NCBI GenBank assembly: GCA_036273175.1
Contig: DASUIE010000154.1
Span: 1-62,947 of the forward strand
DNA from: Stellaceae bacterium
Lineage (GTDB): Bacteria; Pseudomonadota; Alphaproteobacteria; ATCC43930; CGMCC-115725
Direction of reading: 5' to 3'
DNA: 62,947 nt
Both the position numbers and the translations under genes were made by a program. Shown piece by piece: positions 10,202-20,843 of this stretch; within the stretch, counting starts at the first letter, position 1, and each line of letters starts with the position of its first letter. A model generated the notes under the pieces. That model was given only the letters and a program-made list of their open reading frames with translations. It ran no database searches and was not told where the DNA came from.

Positions 10202-10521
10202 AACTCGACGCCGTCTTCTCGGATTTCATGCATCAAGGAGGTGCGAGCCTGGTAGGAGCCAGACGGGAAGGGTTTTAGGTCGAGAAAGATCCTGGCTTCG
10301 CCGAGAAACTGATGCCGCAGGTCCGCCAACCGGTAGCGCTCGCACCAGCGATCGGTCATGTCACGAAGGAAGACCGCGACATCGTAGTCGGAATCCTCCC
10401 GTGCGTCGCCTCGCGCCCGCGAGCCGAACAGTACGACGCGCTCGATGCGATCGCCGTAGAGAGCGTCGAGCCCGGCGCGGATGCGCCGCACTATCGGGTC
10501 ATCGAGGATCGCCGCCGCCAT
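10198..10521 (-). CDS. minimal nucleotidyltransferase (MNT) domain protein (putative antitoxin)
   Basis: 107 aa. The motif VVLFGSRARGDAREDSDYDVAVF is the GS...DxD signature of the Pol-beta-like nucleotidyltransferase fold. Confidence 0.8.
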   Translation of the reverse strand: MAAAILDDPIVRRIRAGLDALYGDRIERVVLFGSRARGDAREDSDYDVAVFLRDMTDRWCERYRLADLRHQFLGEARIFLDLKPFPSGSYQARTSLMHEIREDGVEL

Positions 10522-10539
10522 GCGGCGATCATACCACGT

Positions 10540-12044
10540 TTACTGCAGCTTCACCCCCTGCGGGCGGATCAGCCCGTCGGGGTACGGGGTAAAGCCTTGC
10601 AGCTTCGCGGTCGCGGCGTAGAGCCATTTCGGGTGCCAGAGATAGATCACCGGGCGGTCCTTGAGGATGTGCTCGGCGACGATTTTGTACTGCGCGATAC
10701 GGGCGGTCGGATCGCCGGCGAGACGCGCCGCGTCGAGGGCGGCGTCGACATCCTTGTTGCAGTAATGCGTCGTGTTGAGCGCCGGCGGGCCCTTGCACGA
10801 GACGAAGTTGTAGATGTTGCCGTCGGGGTCGGTGCGGCCGCTCCACCCGATCATAAAGGCCTGGTAATCGCCCTTGACCGCGAAGTTGAGCGCCGAGGCG
10901 AACTCGGTGGCCCGGATCTTGATGTCGAATCCGGCTTCTCCCGCCATCGCCTGCACGACCTGCGCGGCGCGCTCGGTCTCGGGGTTGGTCGGCACCATCA
11001 TCTCGATCGACACCTTGGGATGCCCGGCGGCGGCCAGCAGAGATTTGGCCTTGGCGACATCGCGCCCCGGAACCGGGAAATCCTTGATGTAGTACTTGTT
11101 GCCGGGCGGGTCCCATTGGTTGCCCGGTTGGAACTCGCCGTTGAAAACCACCTGGTTTAGCGCCTTGCGGTCGATCGAGGCCTCGAACGCCTCGCGCACG
11201 CGCGCGTCCTCGCCGAGCGGATTCTTGGCCCGCTCGCCGTTGTTGAGATTGATCGTGATGCCCTGGTAGGCGAGCGAGGTGATCGTCGACAGCTTGAGCC
11301 GGCTGTCCTTGCGGACGTTTTCGAGATCGGTCGCGGCAACCCGCTCGATCAGATCGAGCGAGCCGGATTGCAGGTTGGCGAGGCGCACCGTCGAATCCGC
11401 GATCGGCAGGAAGACGACCTTGTCGAAGTGGATCTGGTCCTTGTTCCAATAGTCGGCGAATTTTTCGAGGACGATCCGGTCCTGCGCGACCCGCTCCACG
11501 AACTTGAACGGCCCGGCGCAGACCGGATGGGCGGAGAAGTCCGTGCCCTCCTTCTCGGCGGCGGTCGGCGAGACGATCATCCCGGCACGGTCGGTCAGCG
11601 CGGCCAGCAGCGGCGCCGAGGGCTGCGACAGCACCAGCTTGACCGTGTTGTCGTCGATGACCTGCACTTCCTTGACCGCGCTGATCTCGGCCTTGCGGTT
11701 CGAACCGGGCAGCTTCAGATGGCGTTCGATGCTGTACTTGACCGCGGCGGCGTTGAAGGGCGTGCCGTCCTGGAACTTGACGCCCTGGCGCAGGTGGAAG
11801 ACGAGCCCCTTGTTGTCGTCCACATAGTCCCATGAGGTCGCGAGCTGCGGGACGATGTCGAGCTCGGGGCTGATATCGACAAGCTTGTCGCAGAGCGAGG
11901 CGAAAACGATGCGGCCGACATAGGTGCGCGCGAGCGTCGGGTCCAAAAGGTCGGGGTCTTCCGCCAGCCCGATCCGCAGCGTCTGCGCGCTCGCGCCGCC
12001 CGCCAGCAGGAGAATGCACGCGGCGGTCGCCAGAATTCGTCGTC

Positions 12045-12048
<4 letters not shown>
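10540..12048 (-). CDS. ABC transporter substrate-binding protein, family 5 (peptide/nickel/opine type)
   Basis: The start [27 protein letters not shown] has a signal peptide and sits at the ATGA overlap with the upstream ATPase gene stop (12045-12048). The body resembles DppA/OppA-like binding proteins. Confidence 0.85.
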
Positions 12049-13120
<1,072 letters not shown>

Positions 13121-13124
<4 letters not shown>

Positions 13125-14110
13125 GCGGCGAGGACGCTCCGGTCGAGCGGGGCGCGAATGCAGGCGGCGTTATGTGCGGCGGAAAGCTCGGCCAGCGGCG
13201 GGTCTATGCTTCGGCACTCCGCAACGGCGAACGGGCAGCGTGGCGCGAACCGGCAGCCGGCGGGGAGATGCAGCGGGTCGGGCACGTTGCCCTCGATCGT
13301 CGCCAGCCGCGCGCGGCCTCCGGCAAGCCTGGGAACCGCGCCGAGAAGCCCGATCGTGTAGGGATGCTGCGGCACGGCGAACAGCTCGCCGACCGCCGCT
13401 TCCTCGACGATGCGGCCCGAATACATCACCGCGACCCGGTCCGCGATCTCGGCGACGACGCCGAGGTCGTGGGTGATCAAGAGGATCGCGGTGCCGGTCG
13501 CGGCCCGCAGCTCGCGCAAGAGGTCGAGGATCTGGGCCTGGATCGTCACGTCGAGGGCGGTGGTCGGCTCGTCCGCGATCAAGAGGGCCGGGGCGCAGGC
13601 GAGCGCCATCGCGATCATCGCGCGCTGGCGCATCCCGCCCGAGAGCCGGTGCGGATAGTCGGCGGCCCGGCGCGCGGGGTCGGGGACGTGGACGCGGCGG
13701 AGCATCTCGACCGCTTCCTTGCGCGCGGCCTCGCGGCCGAGACCGCGGTGCCGCACCAGCCCTTCCCCGATCTGGTCGCCGATCGTGAAGGCCGGGTTGA
13801 GCGAGGTCATCGGCTCCTGGAAGATCATCGCCACCCTGGCGCCGCGATAGGCACGCCGCGCCGACGGATCGAGACCCGTCAGCTCGACACCGTCAAAGCG
13901 GATCGACCCGCCGACGCGGCCTTGCGGCTCGGGAACGAGCCCCATGATCGACAGCGCGGTCATGCTCTTGCCGCAGCCGCTCTCGCCGACCAGCGCCAGC
14001 GTCTCGCCGCGCGCCAGGCTGAGGTCAATTCCGTCGACGGCGGTCAGATTTCCGGACTCGGTCGAAAACTCGACCCGCAACCCCTCTACGGCAAGCAGCG
14101 GAGCAGGCAC
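13121..14110 (-). CDS. peptide-type ABC transporter ATP-binding protein (DppD/OppD-like)
   Basis: Walker [10 protein letters not shown], signature [12 protein letters not shown], Walker [14 protein letters not shown]-terminal [14 protein letters not shown]. The GTG start lies directly after the stop of the upstream gene. Confidence 0.9.
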
Positions 14111-15931
14111 TTACCGCCCGACCGCATAGGTCTGCATGCCGCGCGGATTGGCCCCGGCCTTGAGGATCACGCCGTCCTCGGTCTGCTCCCGGGCGCAAGC
14201 GGTGAGCCGCCCGCCGGACCAGGTCTCGCCAGCCGCGACGCGATGGCCCTTGGCCGCGAGAGCGCGCTGGGTCGCCTCGGGCATACGGCCCTCGACGGTC
14301 AGCGAACCGGGCTCGGCGGCGCGCGGATAGAACGAGCTGGGCGCGTGGCCGGTATTGAACTCGGGGCAGTCGATCGCCTCCTGCAAATTCATGCCGTGAT
14401 GGACATGGTGCAGGAAAAGCTGGGTGGACCACTGGTCCTGGCCGTCGCCGCCCGGCGTGCCGAAAGCCATCGCCGGCTCGCCGTCCCTGAGCGCCAGGGT
14501 CGGCGACAGCGTGCTGCGCGGCCGCTTGCCGGGCGCGAGGCTCGACGCGCTCTTCTCGTCGAGCCAGGATATCTGCAGCCGCGAGCCGAGGCAGAAGCCG
14601 AGCGCCGGGATCACCGGCGAGGATTGCAGCCAGCCGCCGCTCGGCGTCGCCGAGACCATGTTGCCCCAGCGGTCGATGATGTCGAGATGGCAGGTGTCGC
14701 CGGCGACCGCGCCGAGCGGGCTGACCGTCGGCTCGCCGATCCCCGCGAGGGCTCCGACGGTAGGCTCGCCGACGCCGGCCATCGCCGCCACCTTGCGGCC
14801 GGGCGCGGGCACATAGGGCTGGCGCCCGTCGGGGCTGCCGGGGCGGAGATCGAGCGAGGCTCGGTCGCTGACCAGCTTGCGGCGCGCGTCGTTGTAGCCG
14901 GCGCTAAGCAGCGTCTCCATCGGCACATCGACGAAATCGGGGTCGCCGTACCAGGCCTCGCGGTCGGCGTAGGCGAGCTTGGCGCATTCGACCACGGCGT
15001 GGATGAACTCAGGGCCGGTCGGGTCGGTGTCGTCGAGGTCGAAGCCGCTGAGCAGCGCGAGCTGCTGGAGCAGCACCGGCCCCTGCCCCCACGGTCCGCC
15101 CTTCAGCACCGTGTAGCCGTGGTAGTCGTAGGCGACCGGCGCCTCGACCGGAGCCTGCCAGCGCGCCATGTCGTCGGCGGTCAGGACACCGAAATGGCGC
15201 CGGCCCGACGAGTCGAAAATCTTGTCCTTCTTGCAAAACGCCTCCGTCGCCTCGGCGACGAAGCCGCGGTACCAGGCGTTGCGGGCGCGGTCGATCCGGG
15301 CCTCGCGCGAGCCGCCGCCCGCTTCGCTCTCGGCGAGCACGCGCTTGTACGTCGCGGCGAGGCCGGGGTTGCGGAAAAGCTTGCCCGGAGTCGGTGGGGT
15401 GTTGTTGGGAAGGTAGAGGGCGGCGGAGGTCGGCCACTCGTTCCGGAACATCTCGGCCACGGTCATGATCGTGTCGCGGATGCGGCCGACCAGCGGATAG
15501 CCGCTTTCGGCATAGCCGATCGCCGGCGCGAGGATTTCTGAGAGCGGCATCGTGCCGTAGTCGCGCAGCATCCGCGCCCATGCGTCGAACGCCCCGGGCA
15601 CGACCGCGGCGAGAAGGCCGGTGCCGGGCACCAGGTCGAGGCCGAGCCCGCGGTAATGGGCGATCGTCGCGCCCTGCGGCGCCGGCCCTTGGCCGCAGAT
15701 CATCTTGGCCTCGCGGGCCTTGTTGTCCCAGACGAGGATCGGCGCGTCGCCGAACGGCCCGTTGAGATGCGGCTCGACCACTTGCAAGGTAAACCCGGTC
15801 GCCACCGCCGCGTCGAAGGCATTCCCGCCGCGTTCGAGGATGCTCATGCCGACCGACGAGGCCAGCCAATGGGTCGAGGCCACGACCCCGAACGTGCCGC
15901 GGATCTCGGGGCGGGTGGTAAAGGCGGGCAT
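14111..15931 (-). CDS. gamma-glutamyltransferase-family Ntn hydrolase, no signal peptide (predicted cytoplasmic)
   Basis: 606 aa. N-terminus MPAFTTRPEIRGTFGVVASTHWLASSVGMSILERGGNAFDAAVA and an autoprocessing-site-like GDTCHLDIIDRWGNMVSATPSGG are typical of the GGT / cephalosporin-acylase-like family. No hydrophobic leader is present. Confidence 0.8.
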   Translation of the reverse strand: MPAFTTRPEIRGTFGVVASTHWLASSVGMSILERGGNAFDAAVATGFTLQVVEPHLNGPFGDAPILVWDNKAREAKMICGQGPAPQGATIAHYRGLGLDLVPGTGLLAAVVPGAFDAWARMLRDYGTMPLSEILAPAIGYAESGYPLVGRIRDTIMTVAEMFRNEWPTSAALYLPNNTPPTPGKLFRNPGLAATYKRVLAESEAGGGSREARIDRARNAWYRGFVAEATEAFCKKDKIFDSSGRRHFGVLTADDMARWQAPVEAPVAYDYHGYTVLKGGPWGQGPVLLQQLALLSGFDLDDTDPTGPEFIHAVVECAKLAYADREAWYGDPDFVDVPMETLLSAGYNDARRKLVSDRASLDLRPGSPDGRQPYVPAPGRKVAAMAGVGEPTVGALAGIGEPTVSPLGAVAGDTCHLDIIDRWGNMVSATPSGGWLQSSPVIPALGFCLGSRLQISWLDEKSASSLAPGKRPRSTLSPTLALRDGEPAMAFGTPGGDGQDQWSTQLFLHHVHHGMNLQEAIDCPEFNTGHAPSSFYPRAAEPGSLTVEGRMPEATQRALAAKGHRVAAGETWSGGRLTACAREQTEDGVILKAGANPRGMQTYAVGR

Positions 15932-15999
15932 CGTCGCTCTCCGAATGTCAGGCGGATGTCAGGTTAGACCAGCGAAAGGAGTGTGGAAACGACGAACGC

Positions 16000-17064
16000 C
16001 TACTCCGCGGCGGCGTCGCGCAATCGTGACTTTGCGTCGAACTCCTCGGCCACCTTTGCGTCGTGCTCGAGGAGCGCGGCGGCGTCCACGCTGGCGAACT
16101 CGATCGCGCCCATCGCGGCGAAGGCCTCCTGCACCTTCGGACCCCACAGGCCGATATCGCGGACGGTCGGCACGATGCGGCTGAAGATGCGGCTGCGGAA
16201 TATTTGCATCGTCTCCGACCGGTCGACGAGAGCCAGGCAATCCTCGATGGGAAGATCGAGGCGCTGCCATACTTCGAGCTGGTTGAAGCGGTCGCGCATG
16301 TGCCAGCACGCATCGACGACGAACTCCTCGCGCTCGGCCCGCTCGGCGTCGCTGAGCTGCGGGTAATAGTCCCTGAGCGCGAGGCGGCCGAACGCGACGT
16401 GGCGGGCCTCGTCCTGCATGACATAGGCGTTGACCGCGGCGGCGAGCGGGTTCTTCGACTGGTCGCGGATGCGCTGGAACGCGGCCAGCGCCAGCCCCTC
16501 GATCAGGATCTGCATGGTCAGATAGGTCATGTCCCAGCGGCTGTCGCTGAGCCCGCTTTCGAGCAGCGACTTGAGCCCGTGGGTGATCGGGTAGGCGAGC
16601 TCGAATTTGTCGTGCAGCAGACGCGAATAGGCTTCGACGTGGCGGGCCTCGTCCATCACCTGGGTGGCCGCGTAAAACTTTGCGTCGATGTCGGGGACGG
16701 TCTGGACGATCTTCGCCGTCGCGATCAGCGCGCCCTGCTCGCCATGCATGAATTGCGATATCTGCGAGGCCTGAAGATGGTGGCGGACGCGCCGGCGCTC
16801 GGCCGGGGTCATCTTGTCCCAGATCGGCGAGCCGTGGATCGGGATGACCCGGTCGTCGAGCAGCATCGGGTTTTCGGGGTCGAGGTCCTGGTCCCAATCG
16901 ATGCGCTCGGCCGCGTCCCATTGCTGGCGCTTGCCCTTGTCGTAGAGCTGAAGGAGCGCGGCGCGCGGCTCATCGTATTCCCAGGTGAAAGCGGTCTCGG
17001 CGTTGCCCTCGAACTTCCATTCGGTCTGCTCGACCGGAAGCGTGTAGCGATAGACGGTCGACAT
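16000..17064 (-). CDS. ferritin-like diiron oxygenase (AurF / R2-like family)
   Basis: 354 aa with two E...ExxH pairs: MHGEQGAL / MDEARHVEAY and LIEGLALAA / MQDEARHVAFG. The spacing is consistent with a four-helix-bundle diiron carboxylate site. Confidence 0.7.
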   Translation of the reverse strand: MSTVYRYTLPVEQTEWKFEGNAETAFTWEYDEPRAALLQLYDKGKRQQWDAAERIDWDQDLDPENPMLLDDRVIPIHGSPIWDKMTPAERRRVRHHLQASQISQFMHGEQGALIATAKIVQTVPDIDAKFYAATQVMDEARHVEAYSRLLHDKFELAYPITHGLKSLLESGLSDSRWDMTYLTMQILIEGLALAAFQRIRDQSKNPLAAAVNAYVMQDEARHVAFGRLALRDYYPQLSDAERAEREEFVVDACWHMRDRFNQLEVWQRLDLPIEDCLALVDRSETMQIFRSRIFSRIVPTVRDIGLWGPKVQEAFAAMGAIEFASVDAAALLEHDAKVAEEFDAKSRLRDAAAE

Positions 17065-17113
17065 CGCGGGGCTCCTGGCGCATCGAGCGCGGGGGCAGCT
17101 TAGCGCAACGGGG

Positions 17114-17527
17114 TCATCCCTTCGAGAACACGATGTCCTGAGCGCCGCGCCGCAGCGTCAACTCGCCGAGCGGACGAAGGTTTTCAAGACCATCGACGAT
17201 CGTCAGGAAGTGGCTGCCGGCGAGCTGGCCGAGCTTGCTGGCAAAGCGGCAGGCGCCGTAGGCGACAAGGATTTCGGTCTCGCTGAGACCGCCGGGGTAG
17301 AGGAGCACCTGTCCGGGCGCGGGATAGCTCGTGCCGTTTTCGAGCGGCAGGCCGAGATCGAGCGTGCCGAGCGGGATCCAGCATGCCTCGCCGCTCCAGC
17401 GCACATGGATGATCCGCTCGCGATACGGCAGCAGCGTCTCGAATTTGGCGCAGGTCAGCGGCGCGGCGGTGCTCTCGAATACGGCGCCAAAGACGTAGGG
17501 GCCGGCGGCGATGCGGATGTCAGCCAT
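17114..17527 (-). CDS. DUF3830-family (cyclophilin-like fold) protein of unknown function
   Basis: 137 aa. The motifs IHVRWSGEACWIPLG and YPGGLSETEILVAYG...SKLGQLAGSHFLTI match my memory of DUF3830. The gene overlaps the upstream gene by 8 nt. Confidence 0.55.
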   Translation of the reverse strand: MADIRIAAGPYVFGAVFESTAAPLTCAKFETLLPYRERIIHVRWSGEACWIPLGTLDLGLPLENGTSYPAPGQVLLYPGGLSETEILVAYGACRFASKLGQLAGSHFLTIVDGLENLRPLGELTLRRGAQDIVFSKG

Positions 17528-17939
17528 TGTCGCGCTTCACGATTTCGACTGTCCCGGCGGCCGGGTCGACGCGCACGGTGTCGCCGGTGCGGATCAGGTC
17601 GGTCACGTCGCTTTCGAAGCGATCCACCATCGTCATCCCGGCCAGCGCGGCGCCCTGCGCCAGGATCGGATTGACCCGGTTGAGGACGAGGGCAAGCGGC
17701 GCCACGTTCCGTGCGGCCATTTCATGCAGCATCCAGGCCGTCGCGACGCCGCCCTTGGCCTGGTCGAGGACCAGGATGCGGTCTTTGTAGCTCTGCCCGG
17801 CGAGCGCGTGGCTGGGGCGCGAAAAGGTGCCGGCCTTGCGGTCGAGGTCGTAGCGGGCGCTGAAATTGTCCTTGGCGACGAGCGCGACGCCGGTCACCGC
17901 GGGGCCGATCCCCGGATGGCATTTGAGCAGAGGCGGCAT
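17520..17939 (-). CDS. aconitase X swivel-domain small subunit (DUF126)
   Basis: 139 aa. The pattern ...LVAKDNFSARYDLD...GQSYKDRILVLDQAKGGVATAWMLHEM... resembles DUF126/AcnX small subunits. The start shares 1 nt with the stop of the DUF521 gene (TGATG). Confidence 0.8.
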   Translation of the reverse strand: MPPLLKCHPGIGPAVTGVALVAKDNFSARYDLDRKAGTFSRPSHALAGQSYKDRILVLDQAKGGVATAWMLHEMAARNVAPLALVLNRVNPILAQGAALAGMTMVDRFESDVTDLIRTGDTVRVDPAAGTVEIVKRDNG

Positions 17940-19162
17940 CAGACGATCCGCCCGGCGACGGCCGAGTCGACGCAGCGTGCCAGGCTCGCCAGGGTCGGCT
18001 TGTAGCCGTAGCCGCCGATGATATTGGTAAGCTTGGCCGAATTGGTCAGCAGCCGGGTCCAGCCATTGGCCGCGGCGAGCTCTCCGGCATAGCTCTGGTA
18101 GAAGCAGATGCCGGCGGCGACCATCGCGCCCGAGGCCTCGATGCGGGCGGTGAGGCCCATGCGGTCGGCGGCGGATTTGATCTCGGGCGAAGTCGCGACG
18201 AGCAAGGTCGTGTCGGCGTGGACATGGCGTCCGTCGAGCGCCTCGGCCACCTCGGCCATCTCGATCAGCGACAGCTGCGGGGCGGCGAAGACCACGACGT
18301 CGACCTTGTCGCCCTTGGCCTCATAGGAAGCGAGGAAGGCGTCGATTTCGGCGCGGCCGATCGCGGCCGCCGCCGCCGCGCACTCAGCCGGCTCGGGGGT
18401 AACGCCGGACATATGGAACAGCGCGACCGAACCGTAGCTCGCCATCGCCGCGCCGAAATGCTTGAGCGCGTCGGAGCCGGGCGGCGTCTCGATCCCCTCG
18501 ACCAGCGGCACGGTCCAGTAGGAGCCGCATTCCCGGCCGACAATCCCACCGAGCGCACCCCATTCGCTGAGGTCGCGCGGCGCCGCCGTGACGCGGAAGC
18601 GATGCGTCGGCCGGCGCGCCGCGTCGAGATGGTAGCCGTAGCGCGGGGTCCGGCCGGTCAGCCCGGCGGCGAGCGCCGAGGGACCGCCCTCGAAATTGCT
18701 CCGCGCGCCGAACACGCTGTTCGAATAGATGACGACGCCGGTGTCGCCCATCGCCAGGTGCTCGCCGCGCACCGGCGGCAGGATCGTCTGGTAGTTGATG
18801 CAGGTATCGGTCATCAGCACGCCGAAGGCGCGGAACGCGGCGATCGCCCTCGCCTCCAGCGCCGCCATCGCGTCGGTTTGGCCGAGCCGCTTGTAGACCG
18901 CGAAATCGAGGCCCCGCGGATCGGTGATGGTCGGCACGCGCACCCGCCGCTCGCTCTCCGGGAGCGCGGCGAGGCGTTCGAGGAAAGCAACACCGGCCTC
19001 GCCGAGGCTTTCGGTGTCGGCCATGATATGCGCCTGCGACACCGGCACGAAGTCGGCGGCATCGAAGAAGTCGCCAACCTGGATCTGGTGCTCGATCGCC
19101 CAGCGCCGCGCTTCGCCGTACTCGCCGGCGAGCATCGCCCGCTCCTCGTCGTTAAGCTGCAC
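17939..19162 (-). CDS. aconitase X catalytic large subunit (DUF521)
   Basis: 407 aa. MQLNDEERAMLAGEYGEARRWAIEHQIQVG...VSQAHI... is a typical DUF521 N-terminus. The start is GTG. Confidence 0.8.
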   Translation of the reverse strand: MQLNDEERAMLAGEYGEARRWAIEHQIQVGDFFDAADFVPVSQAHIMADTESLGEAGVAFLERLAALPESERRVRVPTITDPRGLDFAVYKRLGQTDAMAALEARAIAAFRAFGVLMTDTCINYQTILPPVRGEHLAMGDTGVVIYSNSVFGARSNFEGGPSALAAGLTGRTPRYGYHLDAARRPTHRFRVTAAPRDLSEWGALGGIVGRECGSYWTVPLVEGIETPPGSDALKHFGAAMASYGSVALFHMSGVTPEPAECAAAAAAIGRAEIDAFLASYEAKGDKVDVVVFAAPQLSLIEMAEVAEALDGRHVHADTTLLVATSPEIKSAADRMGLTARIEASGAMVAAGICFYQSYAGELAAANGWTRLLTNSAKLTNIIGGYGYKPTLASLARCVDSAVAGRIV

Positions 19163-19237
19163 GGCCGCTCCGCAATCCCTCTTGGCGGCGGCACTCTAGG
19201 CGCGGACAATCGGCGCAACAACCGGGAGGGCAAGGCG

Positions 19238-19579
19238 ATGCCGGTCACGATCTATCACAACCCGCGCTGCAACACCTCGCGCAAAACCCTGGCGCTGCTG
19301 CGCGAGAAAGGGATCGAGCCGGCGGTCGTCGAATATCTGAAGACGCCCTATACGGCGGCGCAGCTCAAGACGCTGCTCGGCCAGCTCAAGCTCCCGGCGA
19401 AGGCGGTCATCCGCCGCAAGGAGGCGGCCGAGGCCGGCATCGACCCGGCGAAACTTTCCGAGGACGCGCTGATCGAGGCGATGGCGAAGCACCCGATCGT
19501 CGTCGAGCGCCCGATCGTCGTCTCCGGCGGCAAGGCGGCGCTGGGACGGCCGCCGGAAAAGGTGCTCGACGTTCTCTAA
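19238..19579 (+). CDS. arsC: arsenate reductase, glutaredoxin-coupled ArsC family
   Basis: 113 aa. MPVTIYHNPRCNTSRKTL... contains the catalytic Cys in an HNPxCxTSR context, and HPIVVERPIVV and LGRPPEKVLDVL follow the pattern of plasmid R773/E. coli ArsC. A GGGAGGG SD lies at 19224-19230. Confidence 0.85.
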   Translation: MPVTIYHNPRCNTSRKTLALLREKGIEPAVVEYLKTPYTAAQLKTLLGQLKLPAKAVIRRKEAAEAGIDPAKLSEDALIEAMAKHPIVVERPIVVSGGKAALGRPPEKVLDVL

Positions 19580-20379
19580 TCGCGGGGCGTCTTCGCCGTG
19601 TAATCGTCGGCGGCAAAGGTGCCGCCCTGTCGCGCCTCGGCGATCGGATCGGCGCCGGGCGGCTCGGCCGACAGAACCTGCGCGGCCTGCGGCTCGGAAT
19701 CGTCCTCGGGCTTGTAGCCGAGCCGATAGGCGTTGGCGTTGTCGTACCAGGAACGGCGGTTGTCGGAGACGCCGTAGACGATCTCGTAGCGGATGTCGGG
19801 ATGTTCGAGCCCGATCCTGACGAGCTGGGTCAGATCGCGCGGGCTGACCCAGATCGACAGCCGGCGCTTGTCGATCGGATGGGTTCCGAAATTGCCGATG
19901 CGGATGCCGAGGAACCCGATGCCGTGCTTGTCGGAATAGAGGCTGCCCAGCGCCTCGCTGAACGCCTTCGAGACGCCGTAGCGGCTGTCGGGGCGCACCA
20001 TCACGGTGTGGTCGATGGTGCGGTCCCGCCGGTAGAACCCGACCGCGTGGTTCGAGGTCGCCATGACGATGCGCTGCACGCCGGCCCGCCGCCCGGCCTC
20101 GAAGACATTGTAGAGGCCGATGATGTTGCCCTGAAGGATCGTCTCCCAGCTGTTCTCGCCGGAAATCCCGCCGAGATGGACGATGCCGTCGACGCCGGCG
20201 ACCATGCGCTCGACAGCAGCCATGTCGGAGATGTCGGTCTGGTCGACTTCTTCGCCGTCGCGGGCGGGCGCGATCGCCACCCGGTCGGAGAGGCGCAGCA
20301 CCGGATAGACTCCGCGCAGGGTCTCGCGCAGGGAGCGGCCGATTCCCCCGCCGGCGCCCGTGATCAAAACCCTGTGCAT
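19576..20379 (-). CDS. udh: uronate dehydrogenase-like NAD-dependent epimerase/dehydratase (SDR) protein
   Basis: 267 aa. ITGAGGGIG, GIVHLGGIS...ILQGNIIGLYNVFEA, SNHAVGFY and YGVSK closely follow the Agrobacterium/Pseudomonas Udh pattern as I remember it. Confidence 0.75.
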   Translation of the reverse strand: MHRVLITGAGGGIGRSLRETLRGVYPVLRLSDRVAIAPARDGEEVDQTDISDMAAVERMVAGVDGIVHLGGISGENSWETILQGNIIGLYNVFEAGRRAGVQRIVMATSNHAVGFYRRDRTIDHTVMVRPDSRYGVSKAFSEALGSLYSDKHGIGFLGIRIGNFGTHPIDKRRLSIWVSPRDLTQLVRIGLEHPDIRYEIVYGVSDNRRSWYDNANAYRLGYKPEDDSEPQAAQVLSAEPPGADPIAEARQGGTFAADDYTAKTPRD

Positions 20380-20486
20380 CGCTCTTCTCCCTTCGCTAAC
20401 CGTGACCTAGCCGGGCCAATTGACCCTCCGGTCGCATATCGGCGTAAGCTGTTTCCACTTTTTGAACCTTGGCCCAGGGGGACCCC

Positions 20487-20843
20487 GTGACCATAGCTCA
20501 ATCCGACACGACCGAAGGCCGTCCGATTGCCATCACGATCATCTGCGTCGTGCTGGCGATATTCCTCGTGCTGGGCCTGGTCGGCCTGATCTTCGCCAGC
20601 AGCGCGCTCCTCGTCTTTGGGGTGGGATATTTCATCTACAGCATCGCCATGCTCGCCGTGAGCGTGGTCTCCGTCTACGGGTTGTGGATGATGAAGAAGT
20701 GGGCGCTCTATCTCTATACGGCGGCATTTGTCGTCGGGCAGATCGTGACGTACATGGTCGCCGGCACTATTAGCCTGATCGGGCTGGTGATACCGCTCGT
20801 GATCCTCGCCGTCTGCTGGATGTATCAGGCGCGGATGACCTGA
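20487..20843 (+). CDS. small hypothetical integral membrane protein (about 4 TM segments)
   Basis: Hydrophobic segments IAITIICVVLAIFLVLGLVGLIF, LLVFGVGYFIYSIAMLAVSVV, ALYLYTAAFVVGQIV and LIGLVIPLVILAVCW. The GTG at 20487 is preceded by a GGGGGA SD. The ORF-track start is a TTG at 20469. The gene is visibly less GC-rich than its neighbours. Confidence 0.5.
   Translation: MTIAQSDTTEGRPIAITIICVVLAIFLVLGLVGLIFASSALLVFGVGYFIYSIAMLAVSVVSVYGLWMMKKWALYLYTAAFVVGQIVTYMVAGTISLIGLVIPLVILAVCWMYQARMT

Noticed and set aside
13172-15541. Very long ORFs on the opposite strand of clearly recognisable genes. Examples are 13172..15541 (+, 789 aa), 23407..25779 (-, 790 aa), 40228..42324 (-, 698 aa), 641..2554 (-, 637 aa), 49821..51491 (-, 556 aa), 10529..12466 (-, 645 aa) and 36245..36787.
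   Set aside because: Their translations are Arg/Pro/Gly/Ala-rich and low in complexity, with no recognisable motifs. They lie antisense to, or frame-shifted within, genes with strong family signatures. Stop-poor shadow frames are expected in DNA this GC-rich.
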